Source of the DNA: Leptogorgia sarmentosa
Lineage: Eukaryota
Length of the DNA: 64,000 nt
Direction: 5' to 3'
NCBI GenBank assembly: GCA_964658305.1
Contig: OZ210885.1
Coordinates: 13,950,001-14,014,000, forward strand
Shown: piece after piece, positions 33,837 to 43,500 of the stretch
Layout of the letters: each line of letters opens with the position of its first letter
Numbering within the stretch: position 1 is the stretch's first letter
The notes under the pieces: model-generated
What the model was told of the DNA's origin: nothing
Database searches by the model: none
The model's input: only the letters and a program-made list of their open reading frames with translations
Made by a program: the position numbers and the translations under genes

Positions 33837-36800
33837 TGGTCTCAACGACCGCATTAAACGAACCGCCCTGGTGGATTGGTTAAAATGTATGAAGGTGGAT
33901 GTTGCATGTTTGCAAGAAACACATGCTCCTTCGCACGAATCCATTAGGAAGTGGTTCGCTAACTCTGGCTTTCGAGTTGTCTCGTCGTCAGTGTCAAATA
34001 AGCGTTGTGGGACGGCTATTCTTATTAAAGATTGCCATAAGATCAAGCAGGTGATCCGAGACGATGATGGACGGTTTGTCCAAGTCTTGGTTGATTTTGG
34101 GGAAGATCAGCTAAGTTTCGTCTCATTATATGCCCCAAATAAGAATCCGGCTCGTAACGCTTTTTTCTCCTCCATTCCTGGTTTAATCGACCTTACCAGG
34201 CCCACATTTGTTTGTGGTGATTTTAATTCTGTTCTAGACGATGATCGGGATAGGCTTCGGCGTGCTTCTTACACTGGTGCTGCCTCTTTGCGCGCCCAGG
34301 AAAGTGGCCCGGCCTTGCAGGCCCTACTATCTCATACCCAGACATATCCGGTGTGGCGTACGTTACATCCCACGCAGACGGCTTATTCCTGGACCCATGG
34401 GTCCGGAACCTTTGGCTCGCGCATCGATATGGTCTGGGCCCCGACTTGTCTGGAACAGTCTATTAGGGAATGTGAATATCATCCCTCCTTTTTATCCGAT
34501 CATCAGTACTTGCTGGTCAAGTTCGATTTTGGTGATCGTATCGTTAGTGGTCCTGGAGTGTGGAAGTTTAACACTTCCCTCCTGGACGACGAGAATTATT
34601 GCACCCTTGTCACTTCTTTTTGGTCCTTCTGGCAGGCCCATTATACACCTGAGGCCTTTCCCTCCATTTTGGATTGGTGGGACCAAGGGAAGTTCTACCT
34701 TAGAGAAGTGACACGCACTTTTTGTCGGTCAAAGGAGCTGGACCGGCGAGAACATAAAGCCTTCCTGACCAAGCAGATGCACAGACTGCAGCGTCTTTTC
34801 GAAGCAGGGGATGCCTCTGCATTCGCTAAGCTTTGCGAGGTACAGGAAGAGCTCCGAGGCATTGCTTTGCATGAAGCGAGAGGGGCACAAGTTCGTGCTC
34901 GTTGTCAGTGGGCTGAGGAGGGGGAAACTTCCTCCTCCTTTTTTCTCAATTTGGCCACTAAGCGACATGCAAAGCAAGAGATGCACTCCATTCGAGACCC
35001 CGACACCGGTACCGTGCGCCACGACCCTTTTGAGATCTTGGACGTCTGGCGGCGGTATTACACCGAACTCTTTACTGCGGCACCCTGCGATACATCTGCT
35101 CAGGATGAGATGCTGTCAAAGCTGTCTCGCCGCCTTAGTAGGGAGGAACGTGCGTGTTGTGAGGGTCTTCTGTCTATAGAGGAGTGTTTCACTGCCCTGT
35201 CGGGTATGGCTAGGGGAAAGACTCCGGGTTCCGATGGCTTTCCCATGGAGTTTTTCCTCAAGTTTTGGTCATGCCTTGGCGCTGATCTGGTTCGCGTCCT
35301 CAACGTTGCTTACGAGGCCGGCCAGCTTTCCACCTCTCAGCGTCGAGGTCTGATCATAGTATTGTACAAGAAGAATGACCGCTTGGAGACAAAGAACTGG
35401 CGGCCGATTAGTCTGCTCAATGCAGACTATAAAATAGCTGCTCGAGCTATTTCGGGTCGTCTCTTAGCTGTCATTGCCTCTGTTGTGGGGCCAGATCAAA
35501 CGTGCGGTGTTCCAGGCCGTACCATCTCCGAGAACCTCTTTCTGATCCGCGATCTAATTGAGTATGCGGAGCACGAGGACATTCCCCTCGCTCTGCTCTC
35601 TTTGGATCAAGAAAAAGCATTTGATCGGGTCGATTGGGGCTTTCTCTTGCGGACTCTGGACACCATGAATTTTGGTCCGGATTTCTGCCGATGGGTAAAG
35701 TTGTTTTACTCGGACGTAGAATCGGCCGTAGTCATCAATGGCTGGACCTCCTCCTTTTTTCGCCCTTCACGGGGTGTGCGGCAAGGTTGTCCGCTTTCTC
35801 CTTTATTATACGTTCTATCGATTGAGGTGTTAGCAGCTAACATCCGCTCTGCCCCAGGTATAACTGGGGTTTTTCTCCCTCAATCGCTGGAACAGTTTAA
35901 ATGCTCTGGGTATGCCGATGATACGACGATTGCGCCTACCACGGATGAATCCATAGAGGCCACCTTCGAGGTGTATTCTCAGTTTGAGAAAGCCTCGGGT
36001 GCTCGTTTGAATCGTGGCAAATCGAAGGGCATGTGGCTGGGCTCCTGGAAGCACCGTACCGATACCCCTCATGGTATCCAGTGGGTTAAAGAGCTCCCAT
36101 TACTCGGTGCAACTTTCAGTGCCGCTGACTATAGTCAGCAGACCTTCGAGCCAGCCGTTTCAAAATTGGAGAAGCGTTTGTCAGACTGGTCTGGACGCAA
36201 ACTGTCCTTTCAGGGCAAGGCCACAATTATCAACACCTTGGCCTTGTCCCAGATATGGCATTTGTGTCACATCTTCCCTGTTCCGAAGTGGGCGGTTCAG
36301 AGAATTCACAAGGCCGTTTGGAAGTTCTTCTGGTCTGGCAAGCGGGATCTTGTTGCCCGCAAAGTCGTCTGCCTTCCCAAATCCAAGGGTGGATTTGGAG
36401 TTATCGACTTCCAACTGAAGGCAGATGCTTTTGCGCTTCAATGGGTAAAACGTTTCTTCGCCGAAGACCGCGGCAAATGGAAGGACTTCTTTATCCATTT
36501 TATTTCTACCTCACTTGGTTGCGAGCCTCGTGAGGCACTTTTAACCTCTTTTTCCCAACGTCGTTTGAGAGCCTTGCCCGAGTTCTACCGTATCATCTTC
36601 CGGGTGTGGCAATCTCTCGACGGTGGTCTTACCGGCAATGACTTGTGCATTGCTGCCTCGTCTGCCTCTCCACTACCTGTGGACAACATATCCAGTAGGA
36701 ATGTATACCAAATCAGCCAAAGCAATTTGAACAGTCAGCCACATTGTATTGCCAAATTCACGCCGCAGTATGGACCTCTACACTGGCCCCAAACTTGGAG

Positions 36801-37353
36801 TCAGCTTCATCTATGTCCATATGACCGGCTCGTGATCGACCTGAATTGGCAAATAGCGCACGGCATTCTATACACGGGCTCTCGCTTGGAAACCCGCTTT
36901 AACATGCCCAACATCGATACGCGCTGTTTCTGTCGAGCAGATGAAGAAACGTTAGAACATCTGTTCTTCGAATGTGAGCTGGCCCGCCTTTTGGTGGCTT
37001 GGGTACATTACAATTTATGGCAGATATGTCCTACTGCCGCACCATTTACCGTCACGGAACTCCTGTTCGGCTTCTCGTCTGAGCGACGGCGCATCGTGCC
37101 CCCAATCATCGTGTGGATGCTCCACGTGATGAAACATACCATCTGGGTGGCGCGCTGTGATTTCCGTTTCCGAGGTAAGCGGCCAATCGCCTCCGATTGC
37201 CAAGCGAAAGCCATCGCTAAAATCAAGTTTGTCCTTGGTCTTTTTGGCCGTAGGTGCAGGCTCCCTGCTCAAGTGCGATCTTTTGAGCGGGATTGGCTCG
37301 CTCGGGGTATTTTAGGACATTTCGAGGGGGAGGAGCTGGTCTTCTCCTTTTAG
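33808..37353 (+). CDS. Family B ORF2: APE endonuclease - reverse transcriptase - CCHC
   Basis: MASLLSININGL, LQETH, GDFN, SDH, KTPGSDG, DQEKAFDRV, QGCPLSP, YADD, CFC...ETLEHLFFEC; likely ATG at 33808, overlapping ORF1 by 29 nt. Confidence 0.93.
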   Translation: MASLLSININGLNDRIKRTALVDWLKCMKVDVACLQETHAPSHESIRKWFANSGFRVVSSSVSNKRCGTAILIKDCHKIKQVIRDDDGRFVQVLVDFGEDQLSFVSLYAPNKNPARNAFFSSIPGLIDLTRPTFVCGDFNSVLDDDRDRLRRASYTGAASLRAQESGPALQALLSHTQTYPVWRTLHPTQTAYSWTHGSGTFGSRIDMVWAPTCLEQSIRECEYHPSFLSDHQYLLVKFDFGDRIVSGPGVWKFNTSLLDDENYCTLVTSFWSFWQAHYTPEAFPSILDWWDQGKFYLREVTRTFCRSKELDRREHKAFLTKQMHRLQRLFEAGDASAFAKLCEVQEELRGIALHEARGAQVRARCQWAEEGETSSSFFLNLATKRHAKQEMHSIRDPDTGTVRHDPFEILDVWRRYYTELFTAAPCDTSAQDEMLSKLSRRLSREERACCEGLLSIEECFTALSGMARGKTPGSDGFPMEFFLKFWSCLGADLVRVLNVAYEAGQLSTSQRRGLIIVLYKKNDRLETKNWRPISLLNADYKIAARAISGRLLAVIASVVGPDQTCGVPGRTISENLFLIRDLIEYAEHEDIPLALLSLDQEKAFDRVDWGFLLRTLDTMNFGPDFCRWVKLFYSDVESAVVINGWTSSFFRPSRGVRQGCPLSPLLYVLSIEVLAANIRSAPGITGVFLPQSLEQFKCSGYADDTTIAPTTDESIEATFEVYSQFEKASGARLNRGKSKGMWLGSWKHRTDTPHGIQWVKELPLLGATFSAADYSQQTFEPAVSKLEKRLSDWSGRKLSFQGKATIINTLALSQIWHLCHIFPVPKWAVQRIHKAVWKFFWSGKRDLVARKVVCLPKSKGGFGVIDFQLKADAFALQWVKRFFAEDRGKWKDFFIHFISTSLGCEPREALLTSFSQRRLRALPEFYRIIFRVWQSLDGGLTGNDLCIAASSASPLPVDNISSRNVYQISQSNLNSQPHCIAKFTPQYGPLHWPQTWSQLHLCPYDRLVIDLNWQIAHGILYTGSRLETRFNMPNIDTRCFCRADEETLEHLFFECELARLLVAWVHYNLWQICPTAAPFTVTELLFGFSSERRRIVPPIIVWMLHVMKHTIWVARCDFRFRGKRPIASDCQAKAIAKIKFVLGLFGRRCRLPAQVRSFERDWLARGILGHFEGEELVFSF

Positions 37354-37706
37354 TCTTTTAGGTTTTTTAATCTTTCTTTCTTCCTCTGCCGTTCCGTGAA
37401 GGGGGGTCGCCTTCGTTGGTTGTACTGCCCAGATCGGTTCGGTAGGGTCTTTTCTCTTTTTAAATCCCCGTTGCTGCCTGTATCAGGCATGCATCGGTCC
37501 ATGTACCGTCCTAGTATGTGTAGTTTTTAATATAGAGTTAAATGCACTAATCGAGGCGTCAGAAAAATAAATATTCTCGGGGTGCATTTAATGAGGAGGT
37601 AGGGATCGTCCCCCTAGTCGTTTGCGTGCCGGTAGCACCCTCCTCGATTTAGGGAAATCCATTGCACGCCCCCCAGTGGGGGTGGATTTGCCTATATCCA
37701 ACATAA

Positions 37707-37867
37707 ACTTACCTGACACGAGAGGCACCTTGATCAACTAGGAGGTCCTCTCAGGACGAGGCCCTTTCATTGCACTTCGACTGGGTTGACTCCTGTGATT
37801 ACCCCTAACGTGAGTAACTCGAGCTCATAATTTCTGGTAGTGGGGACCTGGGTTCACGCTCGTCCCT
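37707..37867 (+). ncRNA. U1: U1 snRNA 3' portion (nt 3 to ~163)
   Basis: ACTTACCTG, SL I loop TGATCAAC, SL II loop CATTGCACTTC, Sm site ATAATTTCTGG, SL IV GGGGACCTGGGTTCACGCTCGTCCC. Confidence 0.93.
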
Positions 37868-38358
37868 TTTATCCTCATCTTATTATTGTGATTTCCCATA
37901 CTCAAAACTGATATTATAAGTGTCGTCGGGCATCCTAGTTTATTGAAGCAACAACAATTCTATGTGTTCTTCACACTGCAGGCCGCGTGTTTCACGAACA
38001 CACGCAACTCGATACTACATCGCGGTCATTCGAAATCTAATATATAACCATGCAATCAATATTCGATTACTCACACCTTGTTGTAGGCACGTAACATGGA
38101 ATGAATACATGAGTCAATCGATACGCGTTGCCAACCGATAATGCATTTTATACTAGACTTATGTTAAACAACCATTTCCAAGTTTCCACTCGTCATTTCT
38201 CCAACCGAAGCGCAACCGGACGCGCTTCGTTCGTGCCATAAGGTTTGCAGCTCATTTCGCTTGCAATTTCGCGGCCGCTAATGGTGGCGCAAAGGAGGAC
38301 CGCATTTTTTCACCTTGCTTTTCTTGCTTAAAAGATGGCGTGGAACGGCGAAGAAGGC

Positions 38359-38385
38359 ATCGCTTCTCGGCTTTTTGGCTAAGAT
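38359..38385 (+). ncRNA. U2: U2 snRNA 5' fragment (nt 1-27)
   Basis: ATCGCTTCTCGGCTTTTTGGCTAAGAT. Confidence 0.92.
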
Positions 38386-38720
38386 GTTTTGACAGTTGGT
38401 GGTCTTCCTGCCGAAGTCTGGTTCCTGTTGAAGAAGCTATCCTTGCTGTGGCGCTGCTCAGTTTCGTGGTCCTGTCCTGTTGGTCGTTCCTGTGCTGTCC
38501 AGTCCGTTCCTGTGTTGTCTTCCTGTGGTGTCCATCCCTGTGCTGTCCAGTCCGTTCCTTTGGTTCGTGTCGGTCGGTTCAGGCCTCCTTGGCTTCGGCC
38601 TTGGTGGTACACCGCGTGGCTGTGCCTTTCTGCGAGGCCCTCTAGGGGGAATCGTTTGGATAGGCTCCTTTTCCTTTCTTTTTAGAGGGATTCGTTCCTC
38701 TTTCTTCTTCCTGTTCTTTT

Positions 38721-39104
38721 CGAGACTCGGTTCTCGGTTTAGGTAGTTTTTCGAGACTTAGTTCTCGTTTTAAGTCCCCTGGTTAGTCGAGACTTGGTTC
38801 TCGTCCCCCTTTTTTCGTGACTTAACTACAGTGTGCTTTCGAGACTCGGTTCTCGATTTAGTGTATTTTCGAGACTTGGTTCTCGTTTAATTTAGTTTGC
38901 GAGACTTGGTTCTCGCCTTAGTGTATTTCCGAGACTTGGTTCTCGTTTAATTTAGTTCGCGAGACTCGGTTCTCGTTTTAATTAGTTTTCGGGACTCGGT
39001 TCCCGGTTAGTAACGTGTGTTTTCGAGACTTGGTTCTCGAACTTAAGTACCCCTGGTTAGTCGAGACTTGGTTCTCGTCCCCTTTTTTCGTGACTTGGTT
39101 CTCG
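38721..39104 (+). repeat. ~12 spaced hairpin repeats CGAGACTYGGTTCTCG
   Basis: Includes compensatory variant CGGGACTCGGTTCCCG at 38990. Confidence 0.9.
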
Positions 39105-39143
39105 AGTCATTAATACAATAGTAAATACTATCGTGTGGTGAGG

Positions 39144-40400
39144 ATGATTCCTCACGTAAATCGAACCTGTGATGTGGTCCTCTCGGACCACATAGAGGCT
39201 AATAAGGTTAATGTCAAGGAGGTAATCGACGACTTTCGGGGTCAGGTGGATGATTACACCTCCGTTTTTGAGGCTATCGTTTTGATGGCCCCTGGCCGAT
39301 TCCGTGTCACCTTTAAGGGTGCACGGAAGATCGAGGCAGCCGAGCACTCTGGTTTGCTTGTGCGAGGCCACCCCGTAACTTTTCGGCCCATCTCGAAGTA
39401 CACCTGGGTCAACGTTACCCGTTTGTCATATGGTGTGCCTGATGCCGAAATCACAAAGGCGTTGAGTGGTTTCGGTGACATTAAAAAGATCTCGTCAGAG
39501 ATCTACTCACACATCTACACCGGTGTGAGGCATGTGTTGATGGAAATCCGACAACCTATCCCATTCCGCATGCGCATCGCTGGCCATTGGTGTTTTGTTC
39601 ATCATAAAGGCCAGAAACGCCTTTGCTTTGGTTGTGGCCAAGAAGGTCACAATCGGTCGTCTTGCCCTGCTGTTTCTCGGCCGCCTGCGGTTGTCGACGC
39701 AACACAGGGTGAAAATGATCCACCAGATAGTGGGCCCATGGAGGGTCAGGAGAATACCCAGGTCGAAGAAACCATGTCCAGCCTGTTGGACACGGTGTCC
39801 TCGGAGCCCAGTGCGACTTCCGGAAGTTCGGGCAGCGCCCTTACTTCAGTTTTGCCTCTTGCTCCATCTGGAGCTCGGGAGTCCCCAGTGGCCAGTGGTT
39901 CCTTACCCAATCAACGCCCCCCTATCGCACCACCACGTCGTAAGCGCCGTCGGTCCTCCAAATCATCTGGGAAGGACCGCTCACGTTCCCCTCTCCGCAA
40001 GGATACCCGCGTGGAGAGCGATGATGCATCTTCATGTGAGGTGCCCCCTGCGACTGTCCGACCAGAGGTTGAACTCCCAGAAGGCCTACGTCCTGAGGAT
40101 GTTCCCCTACCGGAGGAGGGACCTTACATCCCCTCCTTAACGATTGGCAATCCTTCTATTGAAGGTTTGTCAGATTTAGATATTACTGTTGATGGCTCAA
40201 TTTCAGATATAGGCAATGAATTATCGGACTCCCTATTAACTCCGCTCGCCCAGGCTGGTGCTAGCTCCACTTCTGCAGCTGGCCCCTTAAATCTTTTCCG
40301 ACCAGAAGCAAATGTCGCTTCTGAAGAAACTTCCTTTTCTCAGCGCCCTTTTCCAGAAAGCGGTGCCCTTTCCGATGATGGATCGGATAGTTGCTTTTAG
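39144..40400 (+). CDS. Family C ORF1
   Basis: CFGCGQEGHNRSSC knuckle; basic/RS-like patch RRKRRRSSKSSGKDRSRSP. Confidence 0.88.
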   Translation: MIPHVNRTCDVVLSDHIEANKVNVKEVIDDFRGQVDDYTSVFEAIVLMAPGRFRVTFKGARKIEAAEHSGLLVRGHPVTFRPISKYTWVNVTRLSYGVPDAEITKALSGFGDIKKISSEIYSHIYTGVRHVLMEIRQPIPFRMRIAGHWCFVHHKGQKRLCFGCGQEGHNRSSCPAVSRPPAVVDATQGENDPPDSGPMEGQENTQVEETMSSLLDTVSSEPSATSGSSGSALTSVLPLAPSGARESPVASGSLPNQRPPIAPPRRKRRRSSKSSGKDRSRSPLRKDTRVESDDASSCEVPPATVRPEVELPEGLRPEDVPLPEEGPYIPSLTIGNPSIEGLSDLDITVDGSISDIGNELSDSLLTPLAQAGASSTSAAGPLNLFRPEANVASEETSFSQRPFPESGALSDDGSDSCF

Positions 40401-40541
40401 CAAGTTTCTTGCTAACCTAGTAGTAATAAATAGTAAAATAGTAATATAGTAGTATAGTAAAATAGTATCATAGTAAAATAGTAAGATAATATAACCATAT
40501 AGTAAATTAATAGCATAATATAGTATACCTCCCACACATTT

Positions 40542-43500
40542 ATGATGGATAACCAACAGCTATCTCTCATCACCTTAAATATTCAGGGATTGCGTAATCC
40601 CCGAAATCGGAAAACCTTTTTCTCCTGGCTTAATTGTGCCAAGCCCGACATCATAGCTCTCCAAGAAACCCATTGTAGATCGGTTGAAGAGTTTCAATCC
40701 TGGCTCGATACTGAATCTCATGAGAATAATAACTTACAACATTACAAAGTAGAATCTTCTCCCGGTTCTATACGTAGTGCCGGCGTTGCACTACTTTACA
40801 AACCTATTTTTAAGATTGAGAAGGTCACCAAAGATTCTGATGGCCGTCTTATAGTAGCCTGCTTCAAACATATTAACCTGGAATCTGTGTTTCAGGTCGT
40901 TAATATATACGGTCCAAATCAAAAAAACCCTGGCATCGAATTTTTCTCATCCTTACATCAGAAGATCGATCCAGCCCTTCCCACGATTTTGTGTGGGGAC
41001 TTTAACGTCGCTGTTGACCCTCGGGTCGACCGGTTAGGGTGTAATCCAGATTCTCACTGGGCTTATAACTGGCCTGCATCCCTTTCCTCCTTAACAAATA
41101 GGTGTGATCTCGTCGATACGTGGCGTCTACACCACCCAAATGAACGTGCCTACACATGGCGGCGAGCCAATGGATCCCAAGCATCAAGATTGGATATGTT
41201 TTGGATCTCTTCTTCCCTACATGAACATGTCTCCGAGGTGTCTATCCTCCCTTTTTTTCGTTCGGATCATTCGTACGTTTTTCTTCGAGTGGCCTTTCCG
41301 ACTCTGCCTGAACGGGGCCCGGGGGTGTGGAAATTAAATACCTCGCTGTTGCGTGATGAAACTCTGTGCGCAGAGGTCCGTTCTTTTTGGGTTTCGTGGC
41401 GGTCCGAAAAAGAGACTTTTCCGTCCTTGGCCGTCTGGTGGGATGCGGGCAAGGCTCGTCTAAAGGATAAAATCCGACAATTTTCTCGTGGCAAAGCCAA
41501 GTCACGGCGGTCATCCACACACAACTTAGAAGCTACCCTAGAACAACTTCACCGGCGGGAAACCAATGGCGAAGACGTAGCCCATCTTATAAAAGAGACC
41601 AAAGACATGCTCGAATTAGAACATCTACATGCGGCGGAGGGCGCACGCATTCGCAGTAAAGAACAGTGGGCCGAGGAAGGTGAAACCTCTTCTGCCTTTT
41701 TTTTCCGCCAAGAGAAAGCGAGAGCATCACGCCGTTTATTCACTGGCATTCGCGATGCACACGGCACCATAGTTAGATCCGTTTCCGCCATCCTGCGAGT
41801 TTGGTGTCTTTTTTATGTTCAGCTTTTTTCGGCTTCTCTTTTATCTCCCTCGGATGCGTCCTTTTTTATCAATAGTTTAGACAAATCTCTCTCTTCTGAT
41901 GAAGCTCAGCTTTGCGAAGGAGAGGTAACATTACCTGAATGCCAGCGAGCTCTGAACTCCTTTAAAAATAATAAATCACCGGGTCTTGATGGTTTGCCAT
42001 ACGAGTTCTACCAGTCCTTTTGGGACATATTAGGACCTGATCTAGTAAATGTGTATAACGATTGCTTGGCACGCGGTGCTCTTTCCTTTTCTCAGAGAAC
42101 TGGATTAATCTCGCTCCTTTTTAAGAAAAATGATCGTTTAGACGTGAAGAATTGGCGACCCATTTCCCTTTTATGCACCGATTATAAAATCTTATCCAAG
42201 GTGCTCACTAATCGGCTCAAAATAGTTCTATCTTCCGTTATCTCGGATTCCCAAGCTTGTGGTGTCCCTGGCCGGTTTTCCGGGCTAAACGTACGGACAT
42301 TGCAAGATGTAGTCAATTTTTGTAATCGAAGCAAGATCGGTGGTGCCATAATATCCTTAGATCAAGAGAAGGCTTTTGACCGTGTTGATTGGGGGTTCAT
42401 GTTACGCACCTTAGAAAAGATGAATTTTGGTCCGTCCTTTTGTGCATGGGTCAAACTCCTATACACTAACATTTTTTCTCGCGTCCTCGTTAATGGTTTT
42501 GTGAGCGATGCTTTTACCATCACTCGGGGCGTTCGTCAAGGGTGTCCTCTTTCTCCACTAATGTATATCATTGTGGCGGAGACCATCTCCAGCGCAATTA
42601 AAAAAGACCTCAATATTGACGGTTTCGCAATGTTCAATGGGGAGACCATTAAAATTTTTCAATATGCTGACGATACGTCAGTCATCGTTCACTGTGAGCG
42701 GGCCTTACAGTCGCTCTTTTCTCTTTTTGAGCAATACGAACAAGCGTCAGGGGCAAAACTAAACATCACTAAAAGTCACGGTCTTCTTTTTGGCTCTTGG
42801 AAAAATAGAGTTGACCTCCCTGTCCAGCTCAATTGGTCGAGTGACGCCATTACGGTTTTGGGGTGCCGGGTTGCTAACGTAGAGTCTGCGGATTGGGACA
42901 CCTTAGTCACAAAATTAGAGCAACAATTGTCTCTATGGAAGCAGCGCCAGCTGTCGTTTAGAGGCCGAGCGCTTATTGTTAACACCTTGGGGCTGTCGCT
43001 ATTTTGGTACCAGGCGACAATTTTCGATATGCCCAAAATGACCGTTGCTAAAATTAACAAAATAATTTTTCCGTTTGTTTGGAGCAAAAAGCGAGAATGG
43101 ATGGCGCGTACGTCTGTGGTCCAACCCATCGGGGAAGGTGGCTTGAATATCGTGGACATCTCAAATAAGATTTTGTCCATTCGTGCTGTTTGGCTCCGTC
43201 GTTTCCTTCTTAACAACACACACCCATGGTCCTGCTTCTTCTCACACCATATCGAGGCAGCCTTTGGTCACCCGGTTGCTGATGTTCTGGCTCGTGATCC
43301 GATCCCGGCCTATTTAATTAAAAAACTCCCTCCCTGTTACAGGGGTGTTCTTTCATCATGGGTCCTTTTGAAGGGCAGGATCGAGCAGGGCGAATGGGTC
43401 ATCCCTCGTCCTTCAGGGCAACTACTTCCGCTCTCCGAGCTGACTGCTCATACAGGGTATTCCTTGCTCCGGCGCTCCTCCACCGTAGAGCATCGTTCAG

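Larger units (their letters stand above)
31394..37706 (+). mobile_element. Family B copy 3: full-length, both ORFs intact, U1-inserted Tx1 retrotransposon
   Basis: 15-bp TSD with 2 differences (31379-31393 and 37707-37721); ~640-nt 5' UTR, ORF1, ORF2, ~350-nt structured 3' UTR, no poly(A). Confidence 0.95.

Noticed and set aside
37590..37650. Self-cleaving ribozyme in element UTRs
   Set aside because: No hammerhead (CTGANGA/GAAA), twister or HDV core recognisable by eye; an Infernal/Rfam scan would be needed to exclude it
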